Below, in pieces: positions 15,428 through 26,623 of a DNA stretch of 64,000 nt. Location of the stretch: the NCBI RefSeq assembly GCF_009834535.1, contig NC_045697.1, positions 71,426,001 to 71,490,000 on the forward strand, read 5' to 3'. This stretch comes from Camelus ferus. Taxonomy: Eukaryota. A program made the translations under genes and the position numbers. Under the pieces are notes generated by a model. It saw only the letters and a program-made list of their open reading frames with translations, made no database searches and was not told the DNA's origin. Numbering within the stretch: the first letter of the stretch is position 1; every line of letters starts with the position of its first letter.

Positions 15428-16160
15428 CTAGACTTGAAGGTAAGCCAGCTGAACAAATGAAAGGACCATGGAGAACCAGATGAAACTTGTTGTAGCTAGT
15501 GTGCTTGTTCCTCGATCTTGTAACTGAATTTCTACCTCTCCAGAGGCATTTATCCACATACAAAAGGTGATATCTGCTATTGTGTAAATGCCTCCTTGTT
15601 CAGAAAGTGAGTAATCATTGGCTATACAATTATCCAAAACTGTTTTAGCCAACAAATCAAGTGATTGTTGTTGGGCTGCTATTGCTTTGGCTGTAGCATT
15701 GACTAGCTCTCCTAATGTTAGGGGAAGATTTCTGATCACATGTTCTTTGGCACTTGATCTGACCCAACAGAGAAAATCTCTCCATATGTAGGCAAACCCA
15801 GAGTCATATTTGTTTCCAGGTTGTTATTGTTTGAATCTGTCACACAGGGTTGGAAAGGTAACAGCCATGGAGACCAGTAAAATTGTAAGGGTCTACAGAT
15901 CACACAGGCAGTTTTATTCTGGCTTTGTTTCCCTTGTGTCCCTTTTTCCCATAAAGCCAGGAGACAAAGTTCCTCAACTTTGGGTGCTAATCAGAGACAG
16001 GGAAATGGACCGGGGGTCTCTAGCATAATGTTTTTGATGACAAATCCAGCAGTCTGACAGATTATTCCTCCCACCTTCCCTTAGTAATGGCCTGAGAGAT
16101 AAAGATGATGACATCTTTCCAGGTCAATGCCTGAATAAAGGAAAGAAAGGGAAGAAGAAA
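15428..16160 (-). pseudogene. env: Defective retroviral env: SU N-terminus with CWIC motif and TM ectodomain with immunosuppressive domain
   Basis: ORF 15428..15739 has a heptad repeat and ISD-like AQQQSLDLLAKTVLDNCIANDYSLSEQGGIYTIADITFCMWINASGEVE, with CX6CC decayed to YX6FC. NNLSDCWICH lies at about 16037-16066 (CWIC 16040-16051). Most of SU is missing. Confidence 0.92.
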
Positions 16161-16279
16161 GGGTTTATGTTTAGCCAAAATATGAAGTCTTGATCCAGCA
16201 TCTTGGGAGGAAGTAGTCTGTCTCAATATCAGATACTTCTCTTCCTGCTCAGCTTTATTTGGAGTACTCCAGCTTTCGT

Positions 16280-16414
16280 GCAGGACCAGATGTCCGGTGG
16301 AGCCTTTTTCAGCTGTGAGATGTGTATCTAAGATTCAAGTCCCTGAAGTTTGGCTGCCATCTGAGTGGTTAGGAAGACCTAATATAGTCTCTTCCAAGGA
16401 GATTCAAGACAATC
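16280..16414 (-). pseudogene. pol: Retroviral integrase C-terminal remnant
   Basis: Manual translation DCLESPWKRLY*VFLTTQMAAKLQGLES*IHISQLKKAPPDIWSC resembles the gamma-type IN C-terminus (W-K-G-P-Y-x-V-L-L-T-T...W-I-H-x-S); two in-frame stops. Confidence 0.88.
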
Positions 16415-17052
16415 TTTGTTCTTAGGGATTGAAATGTTAGTTTGGGGATTTGTAGCCAGATATTTGAGGAAACAAGAAGAATTCAGGATCCAGTACAGTT
16501 TACAGGTATATAACAAAACCTCGAAGACAATTAACAGGATTAGAATATAATATAGACAAAGGTGTGAAAATAATTTCTCTCTCCACAGTTGCCCCCATTT
16601 TTGTCAAAGGCAGTGAAAGTAAAGCTAATTTATTTGTTCTAAGCTTGGCATATTTATTTGCGTAAGTGCAGCAAGAATAGTTGTTGGCTATATAAGCTCT
16701 TTTAAGACTGCTTTGTTAGAACAAGGACTCTCAGATTGAACTCTTAAAAACCTTTCAAGATGAGGAAGCCATATCAGAGTCTGAGTAGTTCCTTAAAGCT
16801 GCCTTGGTAGTATCTGAATCTATACATGCCTCTCTCATGTGATATTCTAATCAAAGCCATGGTAATATAACCAATATTTCTAATTTCATTGTTATAAGGA
16901 GAATAAATTTTTATTGAATTTATTTAAATAACTAACTATATTGTGAAAAGAATGCTTGAAATTTCCATGTTTTGGAGGGATCAGGTAGAGGAAAAAAAGC
17001 AAATGTTTCATTTTTGTCTACAAAATGCATATTTAACCAAATTGCTATAAGT

Positions 17053-17417
17053 CATAGATGTGTGGGTTTATTTCTGGGCTCTCAATTCTGTTCCACTGAT
17101 CTATGTGGCTGTTTTTGTACCAGTACTATACTGTTGTGGTTACTACAGCTTTGTAGTATAGTTTGAAATTGGGGACTGTGATACTTGCACTTTTGTTCCT
17201 CTTTCTCAAGATTGTTTAGGCTCTTCAGTTTTTTTTTGTGGTTTCATGCAAATTTTAGAATTATTCTAGTTCTATGAAATATGCCTTTGGCGTTGATAGG
17301 GATTGCATTGGAACTGTACATTACTTTGGGTACTGTGGACGTGTTTAACAATATTGATTCCTCCAGTCCATAAGCATGGACTCTCTTTCCAGTTTTGTGT
17401 GTCTTCTTCAATTTCTT
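17053..17417 (-). mobile_element. Internal L1 ORF2 fragment nested in the provirus
   Basis: GTGGGTTTATTTCTGGGCTCTCAATTCTGTTCCACTGATCTATG...TTGATAGGGATTGCATT is homologous to 1770-2120; no 3' UTR or poly(A). Confidence 0.9.
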
Positions 17418-17476
17418 AAGTAAGTACTGCACGTAATTCTGAGAGTCGTTTACTCCTAAAGGTTTGTCTCCTTTGG

Positions 17477-17494
17477 CTCTCACTTCTGACACCA
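17477..17494 (-). promoter_or_regulatory. Primer binding site complementary to the tRNA-Leu 3' end
   Basis: Minus strand TGGTGTCAGAAGTGAGAG versus the expected TGGTGTCAGAAGTGGGAT for tRNA-Leu(CAA) (16/18), directly inside the 5' LTR. Confidence 0.88.
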
Positions 17495-17916
17495 AGTAAG
17501 ATTAACGTTTAAAACAAAAAAGTTAAGTGGTTTAGCTAGCAAAGTCAAGTTTTTTTTTTTTTTTTTTTTTTTTTTCAGAAAAAGCAGAGAAATTGCAATT
17601 TGGGACATGCAAACTGGCAAACGACTGGCAAGACCAGACAAGAAAGGAAGGGAGCATTCTTTTACAGAGGAATAGAGGAAGTTGAGAGGGACTGTTTTGA
17701 ATGAAAGTTCATTGGAGGAGAATGAGAGTTCAGGGTTGTGGTGGTTTCTCATTAGCTGGGTTCTGACAATTTCTTATTGACTAGGCTGTTGCTGGGCAAG
17801 GAGAAAAACCTTTCTTCTTCCTACTGGGGTATGTAAAAATAAACTTCTTCCTGCTGAGGTAAGCTGCAATAGTGGTGCATATAGGAGAGCTCCCCAGTTT
17901 TCTTTTTTCTCTGTCA
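17495..17916 (-). mobile_element. 5' LTR of the provirus (outer end approximate)
   Basis: Shares blocks with 14626-15025: TTGCAATTTGGG(A)CATGCAAACTG, TTTGAATGAAAGTT, GGCTGTTGCTGGGCA, CTGGGGTA. Confidence 0.85.
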
Positions 17917-18016
17917 TATCCTCTACTCTTGTCTCCTGAAATCACTTCTGGAAGTTAAGTATATGTAAGCCTTTTTCTCAGAATCTGCTTTCTGCTGGCT
18001 ACTTGAGGTAGGATAT
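17917..18016 (+). mobile_element. ERVL LTR 3' end fragment (LTR16-like)
   Basis: CTCCTGAAATCACTTC...TCTCAGAATCTGCTTTCTG resembles the LTR16 terminus. Confidence 0.45.
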
Positions 18017-18557
18017 ATGTCTTTCCTTCAGCATCTCTCTATCTGTAAATATGGCTGATGGTATAAATGGTGAAGATCTGATAAGATCTTTCACTACAGA
18101 AGGTATTTTTGAGTGATGTCTTCAGAAAAGAACTGTCTTCTGTAGATTTCTGAATGTATTCAACTGAATTATTCATTTGAAACTTCTCCAGCTTTAAGTT
18201 GTTTCCCAACTTCATTTTGTGTAAATCTAGCATGATGTTAAGAGATGTATTTTCAGCCTCTATGAGCAAAAAAACTCACTTGAGCTCCTGTGTTGAATGA
18301 GAATTTGCAAACTTGCAACCTACTTTAGCAGGAAGTGAAACTGAGATGTGTTTTGTGCATTTCATGTAGGGATAATAGTTTGCACTTTTATTTCCCCAAG
18401 GCCAAAACAAATGGGTACTGTGTATCTTTTCATCCAAATAGGAAAATGTTCCTCAGGAAAGCTTTGCTTTGGTTTGTTATTAAGGCATCATTTTAAAGTG
18501 AAAATGGACGTTTGTCAGCTACAGCTTGAGACTAGCTTTGGATCTGAAGAATGGAGT

Positions 18558-18756
18558 CAAATGTGTACTGGAACCTGCTTGTACCAGTCCCTGAAAGCTA
18601 AATATGCTTATCTCTTCCCAACTTTGTGTTCAGTGACATTATAGGCAGCTTGAAATTGGCAAAAGAGGAAATATTTACACCATGGGAATTGGTAAATGCT
18701 GTAAATCAGAGCTTCCCTTGTCCTCTTGCCTACTCAGTTTATCAGGTCATCACCCC
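18558..18756 (+). mobile_element. MER63-type hAT-Blackjack MITE
   Basis: ATCTCTTCCCAACT...TTCAGTGAC...AGCTTGAAATTGGC...TATTTACACCATGGGAATTGGTAAATGCTGTAAATCAG matches the remembered MER63 consensus. Confidence 0.8.
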
Positions 18757-21199
18757 TAACTTATTTCCTCCAACTGGCTAATCACTGATCTACCTATATA
18801 AAATAACCATAATTTTGAAATAACAGGGAATTAATACCTCCTTTAAAACTTTCTTACTTCTCAAATGAGAGAATGGATGTCTAGAGAGGTTAGTTGATAT
18901 ACTCAGCATCACACAGTTGGTTTCAGAGTTTGAGCTAGAACCAACCTCTTGACTCAGCTACTTGCTAGAAAAACAATTTTCTAATTATTCGGATTTGCAA
19001 AGTACCCCTACAGTTGTGTGGATCCATCTTGACTGTAGAATTTCAATGAAAACTTTAAACATATTTGGGTCCAAAATCTGTATTTAAGCTATTCATCATG
19101 GAAAATCCCAAATAAACCTGTTTTGTTTGTTTGTTTCATTGGAAAATTTTGTCTTTTGAGAATTGATGAGCTCCAAGTTAACATCCTGCCACTTGTGTAC
19201 ATACACAGATTCAAATGAAAATTGGTATGCTGCTCCATATATGTCTTTTGAATTCAGTTGTTTTTAAACTCACATGATTTACTGGATCTAATGATAAAAG
19301 AGAGCTATGAAATTGATCTGACCTTTGAACATCTGAATGCTTAAGTAAATGATATAAAAGATATAAATTATCTAAGACCAGAAAGACACATTTGTAAGAA
19401 TTTATAAAAATAAAGGCAAAATATAAACAAAATATTCTCAGAATCTTGGCCTCATTGCTTAAAGAATTTTGAGAATACCATTACTATAGCTTAATTAATG
19501 ATTTGCATATTGGTAATTGGTGAATTTAATTGAACATCAGGATATTCTATAACTTAATGTAGAAAAATGTAGCAACTGTGTTAGCACATTCCAGGATTTT
19601 TAAGTGTTTTACAGACTGTGGGAAACGCAGTGTGGGATAAGAATGTTAATTCCCATGACAGGGATATGGTAAGTGTAGCATTAGTTGGGGTAGGCTTTCT
19701 GAAGAGAGTAGTTTGTTCTTCCTCCTTATCTGTGGATAGATTTGAAAATCTGTGTCTCCTGCCCTTCTATGGTAAAGTTTTGAGATGCAAATACTTCAGG
19801 CTATGTTTGGAAGGAATATTTACATCGTTCACTGGCTTTACAACAAATTCTGTGAATCCCCTGAAGATAAAGGTAAGGGAAAAGTTAATTAACTTTAATT
19901 TGACATCTACTATGTGCAGCACTGACTATGCATTTAAATACATGTGCATTTATTTAGTTTTCACAGTGTGAAGAAATAATGTTTCCTGGCTCTGATCTGT
20001 CTGACTTACCTTTGTGATCCGCTCTAGCAAGCTCCTAACCCTCAGAGTTATTGCTAGTAGATTCTAGCTAGAGTTAATGGGGCAAATCAGTATATGAGAT
20101 GGTAAATAGTTACTGTGTTTACTTTACAAATCCTTATTATTCAGTTTGCCTCCTTGGAGTTATCATTATTTACCCACGGTGTTCTATAGAATATTGGCAT
20201 CCTCTATCAGGTTCTCCCTTGAGCAAAAACATATTCAACTAGAGAAGAGAAGCATGTATCTGCAGATGAAGATAAGATCGTATGTAAACTTTTTGTAACT
20301 GGTCTATGAAATGAATGTGTAGAATTCTGTATTTAAGTGTCAAGCTTTCTCTTTGAGTGTTCAGATCTTGGGCTTCTTTGGTTTTGGGTGAAATACATGG
20401 CTGTAGTTTTCCAACATTCATTTGAAGGCTTTTGTCTGGACACAAAAATCAGGAAAAACATATATTGTAGTTTGACCTGAAGTTTTCATCGACTGAGCTG
20501 ATGAGAAAGCAGGTGGTTACAATGAAGCAAGACAAGCCTTAGATTGCTGCAGACATGACTCACTATGAAATACAAGTGAGCAATATATGAAAGGAGCAAA
20601 GAATTGAAAGGATGGAATAATTTCATATTTCAGCACGAAAGATTGCCTGGGATTTTTTTCCTATTCAGAAGGGGAAACAGGACCTTCTGTCCTGGCCCAT
20701 AAACAAATCTGTTCAGCATTTTTCAGCATGCCTACTCTTTCCTACATTGTTGAAAATGTATCCCACAGCCTCCAGAGGACACAGCAAGCTTAAGCCTGAC
20801 AAATACCCTAATCCCTCCCCAATCATTTGAGAAGAACCTGAGATCTCAAAGTTCTACTCTTGTTACTGAAGCAGTTTTCAAAACCCAACCGAAAGCAACT
20901 TGGTATTTTACAAGAAAAATAGGTGAACTGAGTGAGACATGGGCACAGAGGAGGATTTTCACGCTATAAATATCCCTGAGAAACTGTGAGGCAGAGAGTA
21001 GGAATATCAGTACCCTTGGTGAGTTACATTTCTCTGAATGTCAGGCCACTGGCTTCTTTGTGGTGCTTAAGTCCCTTTATAAGGAGTTAGGTCATTAGGG
21101 AACTATGCTATCTTAATGACCTTTATAACATTATTGACCTTTAGAAATTGATGGGCTCATCACCTTTAGTCTGTAGAAATTCTCATGTGATATGGCAAA

Positions 21200-21450
21200 G
21201 GATAGTGTTTCAAAGCAAGGGCTTTGGAGCCAGAAGACCTGAGTTCACATGTGGCTCTACTTGCTAGTTGTGACACCTTGGAAAAACTTGGTAACTTATA
21301 ATTTGCTTGTGTCCCCGTTTCTTCACGAATAAGATTAGAATTGTAGCAGCAATTGCCTTTCTAAAGTTACCTGCCAGGATTGCATGAGTTAATGGACGTA
21401 AAGTTCCCAGCACAGGACGTTACATCTAGGAAGCGCTCTGCATGTTAGTT
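21200..21450 (+). mobile_element. MIR SINE (near full length)
   Basis: GGCTTTGGAGCCAGAAGACCTGAGTTCA...CTACTTGCTAGTTGTGACACCTTGG...AGGATTGCATGAGTTAAT. Confidence 0.8.
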
Positions 21451-21644
21451 CTTGTTAGGAAGCTGTTGGTTGTAGGAAGAGGCCATTACTTGGACAAGTC
21501 CTGGCATCCTGGTTCTGCCAGATGCTGTCCAGGATGTGAAGGTGATTAACCTCTTTGGCTTTAGAATTCTCATCTGGCATACCGAAGGGATTGGCTGGCT
21601 ATAGTGTATATGACGAATAATAAGGAAGGGTTTAATAAATTGTA

Positions 21645-21835
21645 GCATAATAATCACTAACATTTATTGGTTACTGTTTTAAGTGATTCACAGACATCAA
21701 TTAATGTAATTCTTATAACAACCCTATGAGATGAGGATTATTTTAATGCTTAATTTATAGATGAAGAAATTAAACTATAGACAGATAAGGTAATTTGACA
21801 CACAGCTAGTAAGTGACAGAGCTGGGATTAAGTCA
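21645..21835 (-). mobile_element. MIR SINE
   Basis: AACAACCCTATGAGATGAGGATTATT...ATTTATAGATGAAGAAATT...CACACAGCTAGTAAGTGACAGAGCTGGGATT. Confidence 0.85.
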
Positions 21836-22034
21836 GTTAAAAATAGTTTATATAATATGATCCCACTTTTGAGAAAAGTAACATATATAGGTATATAAGT
21901 TGTATTATATATATAAACTGTTATCCACACATACACATAGTGTCCAAAAAAAATTAAGAGAACTTCATGTGATATGGATATTTTATTGGGTGAGAAACAC
22001 ATTGATGGTCAGAGATGGGAGATGGTCAGATGGG

Positions 22035-22423
22035 AGACTTCAAACCTGAAACTGGTATGAAGCTCAGAGGCATGATGTTACTGAATAGCTTATAAAGAGA
22101 ATGAGGATGTTGTTCAACCTTTCCAGTGATTGATTATTACAGTGGGGTTTCAAGACAGCAGGGAGGGAATTGCTTAAAAGAGATTATCTTATACCAAGTC
22201 AGGAAGACAACTTCGGTTTCATTTATGGCATTTATATATCAGAGGCATAGGGAGTTTATAAGGAAATTATGAAATTTGTAAGGAATACCCTAAGTTAAAT
22301 TTTGCTTATATTCATGGAATAAACAAGATTAAATTTTGTTTATGGAGCTTAACTAGTTTTATCTGCTCAGGGGTCTTCAAGCCTGTTCTCCATTCTATTT
22401 TACTGTAACAGTTCCCTCCTTTT
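22035..22423 (-). mobile_element. Old ERV LTR with adjacent polypurine tract (possible 3' LTR; internal sequence may continue to the right)
   Basis: The element ends ...TGTAACA at 22410, immediately followed by TTCCCTCCTTTT (minus-strand PPT AAAAGGAGGGAA); left boundary uncertain. Confidence 0.5.
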
Positions 22424-25400
22424 GGTCATTCTCTTAGCAGGCTGTCACTCTCAGTACCACTGCTGAGGTAGACACTAGGACAGGTTGTCATATATCATTA
22501 TAATTAAGGGATATTCTCCAAATTGTGAAAATGTTGAGAGTCATTACTCAGTGGCACGTAACTCCCTTCCATATGACTTGCAAAGTGTACTTATATTAGA
22601 TAATTCAAATCTGTCTATTAAAATGATTGTTAATTAAAATATTCGAGAAGATGAGGAGAGAGGAAATAGAGATTAACTGCTAAAATCTGGTGCTAATGCA
22701 GGTTTAATGTTTGAGGCATTGGCACTTGGAAACAGCCAAGAGTCAGGACAAGGTTAATTGCCTTGTATGTGGGACTCAGCAAACAAGAACACCAAATCTC
22801 TTCTGAAATCAATTTCATATATGATATTAAAAAATCAAAGTAACCAGGAAAAATCAGAAACTTGTTGCAATTCCTAAGACTTTTTTATGGTTTAGTACTG
22901 GTCAGTGGCTTAAATGTATATGGGGTGGGTTCTCGTTACAGTAGTTAGGGTCTATAAAGGTCTTAAAGTAGCCTTTTGTGTCATCACACCATATGACTGA
23001 AATGATTCTTTGGAGGCAGAGAATATAGAATAATGACTGGATGAGGAGAATATGGGCTGTTGTGAATAATTCTAAGCTGATGGCTGGGATGTTTACTTAA
23101 GCATAAATCACTGATTATTGATCACAGCATATAGCTCTCTACCAAAGATCAATGCTCTTTTGCTATGGGCCTCACTCCTCATTTCTGGAATGGAAAAGAG
23201 AAATGTATCTGAAAGTAAGATTTTGTAAATATCTAATTGAATAAACCCTTAAGTTTCTCTCCTTCAGAACTGAGTGAAGTGGGAGGACATCTCTCATCTG
23301 GATTAGATTTATTTGACTACTCCATTACCATTTAACACTCTCCTAAGACCCCTCTTCTTCACCATCAGAGGATAATCTAACCTGGAAGACAGAGCCAGTG
23401 AGGGTTGTCTTACATTATTTTAGAGAAACAACTATCTTTCCTAATTACATACTTGAAACACAAAGCATTCCTCTTTATTAATTATATGCATGAAATCTAA
23501 TTTTATGTATGCAAATATTAAATTTTTCCCATCTGAACGGTGGTTGGTCTGTGCATAGTATGCACAGTCTGCTACAATTGTTTAACAATTGTAGATATCT
23601 ATGTCTCTTTTAGAAGAAAAAGAAAGTTTAAGAGATGAGATATTTTGAAGCAGGATTCTAAGGAAGAACAGATTCTTTAGATTAGAAGAGAAGGAGTTGG
23701 ATTCAGTTTTCCAATTTCCTTCCTCTTGCCTATTACGTAGGAAGCCAAAAATCAAGGAACAAGTCATAGCATAAATAACCGTTTTAAATGATGAAAGGAG
23801 TGTGTGCTAGGAGAAACGGGCTTGCTTCAGAAGATCTAGATTTTGAATAGCTGGTGAAACATTCAATGAATGTTTAAGGGTTAATAAATAATGACAGAAA
23901 TGGAATCAACTAATTTTATTTTAATTTGTACCCTGGCAAATGATTCACATACATTTTGGAGGAAGAGAATCAGCTTAGCAATTCCCTGGGTTCCTCTTTA
24001 TTTTCACTCCTTGGAACAGCAGCTGAGTCGAAGTCAGGAAGCATAGAAGCCTTGCTTGCTGGAGAGAGTGTTCTCTTATCACTGCATCCTAACCCCACCA
24101 GGACTTAGAAAGAATAAATTTAAAACAGCTTAAATGGAGATTTAAAGAGTTGATAGAGCAAAGCCAATTAAGGTGAATGGACTTTGCTCTGTCAATGATG
24201 TTGGTGATTGTTTATTTCATAATGGAACTGAGCCCTCGCATGGCAATACCAGAGCATCAGATCCTTACCTTGTGGGTAAGAGAGTATTGAGGTCTCAGTC
24301 TCTAGCTGTTAGCAGATCTTTGGCACTCCTCAAGTGAAAGCACAGCTTCTTAACATTTTGAAAAAATACTGGTATATAACTCATTCATTCAATAAACATT
24401 TGTGGGTATTTCCTATATGCCAGGTAAACCAGTTTTCTCTAATAAAGGATCAGGAAAAAATAACTGAGATTAATATATCTCCAAATATGGGGACATACAT
24501 TGTTCCTTCTCTCTAATTTTGAGGAATGTCTCCAATTGGGCTTTTCAAAATATGTACAATTGATGCTTTCCCAATTAAATAATAAAGAGAGGACAGTTTT
24601 CTCAATTCTGATATAACATAGAAATCTCTAAGCCTCAGGTTTTTCAAGTATCCATTATTGATTGAATATGATTGTGATTTTTATCTAAGAAACTGAAAAA
24701 TTTGCTGAATAAGTGAGTGTCCAAGAGATGGATGCTCTGTAGTTGGTTCACAAAGTAAGATTAATGACACCATGTAGTTAGTGATGACAAGGCCATGTTG
24801 AACAGTCATGGGAGATTAGGTTGTGACCATCTGTTTTTCATGTGATGTCTTAATAAACACCACCACCAATACTGAGGTGTTATTACAGCCTGCATCCTGG
24901 GTATTTGTAGATCAGGGCACTTGGGCACAAGGACAGAATTGTTGCATCTCCTTGAGTTACCACATGGGATGTTTTGGCCTATATTAAGACAGTGGTCCCA
25001 TTTTAAAGTTTTCGTTTTGTTTTTAATTGCAAAAAACATTTGGTGAAGGGATACTAGGAATAGAAGGACAGGATGAAGAGAATGCTTAGAAGAAAACAGG
25101 TGAGAATTCAGAAAAAGTAAGGCAGAGAAAAAGATCTCCAATCTTTGATAAGGAATTAAATATAGAAAATCCTGCTTATGTATTATACTTAATGTGCGTG
25201 CCATAACAAAAATAATAAGGAATTCTTATAATTATTTTCTAGTGAAGACTATCCACCCATGATGAGCAATAGATTTATGTATATATGTATATATAAATAT
25301 AATATCACCATGTCATGTATTCATTCAATAAATATTTATGGGAACCTACTGTGTACCAAGCAAACCACTTCTCTTTAATAAGAGATACCTGATCTTCTTT

Positions 25401-26044
25401 GATAAGAGATCAAGAAAAAACAAGTTTTATATGAGTGTGTGTATGTATGTATATGTATATATATGTACTTCTCAGCCCTTCATTGATATCATATGGTTTT
25501 GTTTTGTTTCTTTTTAGTACAGACAGCATTATGACAGCTTTGATTAGCTGCAGATTAGAAGGGAAAAGCTCAGGGAGAAGAAAATGAAGGATACTATTAA
25601 GACTGAGAGTAGTAAGTGAGAGCAAATAGACTGACAGGAGGAACAGAAAATGATTAAAATAGGCATAATAAAAAGAAATCAATCCTGATCCATTTAGTTT
25701 AGAGGTAACGATCTTGCCTACCTCAAGCATAGTAGTATTCTTTCAGTGCTATGTTATAATTGCTGCTTTTAATAATGAATTTAAGCTACCACAAAGGTGT
25801 AAGGTTTATTTGTTTTCTGAGGCAGGGAATATGTAATCATTTTAGCAGTATTTCCAACTAAAATTGTGGAGAAAAATTAAAAGCTTGACTCAGAAATTAT
25901 TTGTAAAATTTGCTTTTTTAGAAAATCTTATGCAAGATAGGTGAGTTTTTAATCATTAAAGCAAACTCAAAAACTGTCTTTTTGTAGCCTGTCATTCTTC
26001 CAGATTAAATGACTTTTAGATGCCATGAATTCAGACTTGATCTT

Positions 26045-26623
26045 GCTAGCACACATTTACTCACATAGGGTAAATATAAGACAGGTCTCCCCTTGGAGCT
26101 TGTTTTAGGAAAAATCTATGCTTGTGAGATCCTGGTGTGGACAAACAATGTTGGCTGCCATTTCAGTAAACAAAGACTGTTGCCTGCCATCAAGCCATCA
26201 GCCACTGTTGATGCCCGACAGTGTGCCCTGAGGGGAATTAGAGATGGAGAAAAACAGGATACTGGTCCTAGATACTAAGATACATATCAAAGGAATGATT
26301 TTAACAAGCCCAGACTCCTCCATCTTCCCATACAAAGAAAAGCACTAGAATCATTAACTTGAGTTGCCCCATTTTTTGTGATTAGCAATTATCTTTTAAT
26401 GTTTGACTACCTGTTTGTCCTCCACCCCCTACTCCACCTCCCCACCTACCCCGCCTCCAGCAAAATCTCTTGTATATCCAGGCTCTTCCCTTACCTCTTC
26501 AGAACAATTCCTTAGAGCTGTGTGAGAGGCTGTCTCCTGGGCTATAGTTTTCAGTAAAGTTCCCTAATAAAACATAATTCTCCCTTTTAAGTTGTGTGTG
26601 TGTTTTTTTTTTTTCAGTTGACA
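26045..26623 (+). mobile_element. Ungulate ERV1 solo LTR (MER41-like); 5' boundary approximate
   Basis: GAGAGGCTGTCTCCTGGGCTATAGT, AATAAA at 26566-26571, TTTCAGTTGACA terminus; related to 33056-33543 in inverted orientation. Confidence 0.8.

Larger units (their letters stand above)
14626..17916 (-). mobile_element. Internally deleted class-I (ERV1/MER4-group-like) endogenous provirus
   Basis: Two homologous LTRs (14626-15025 and ~17495-17916), PPT, tRNA-Leu PBS, integrase C-terminus and env SU/TM remnants lie in the correct order on the minus strand. Confidence 0.9.

Noticed and set aside
17477..17494. tRNA-Leu-like sequence
   Set aside because: Only the 18-nt 3' end next to an LTR, so it is a PBS and not a tRNA gene.
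18039..18269. 76-aa minus-strand ORF with an acceptor-like start and a possible frameshifted continuation
   Set aside because: No recognisable homology, non-ATG start, and the alternative frame ends inside an LTR16-like fragment.
23582..23767. Possible minus-strand terminal exon with downstream AATAAA
   Set aside because: Weak acceptor, no identifiable peptide, and AATAAA is common in AT-rich DNA.
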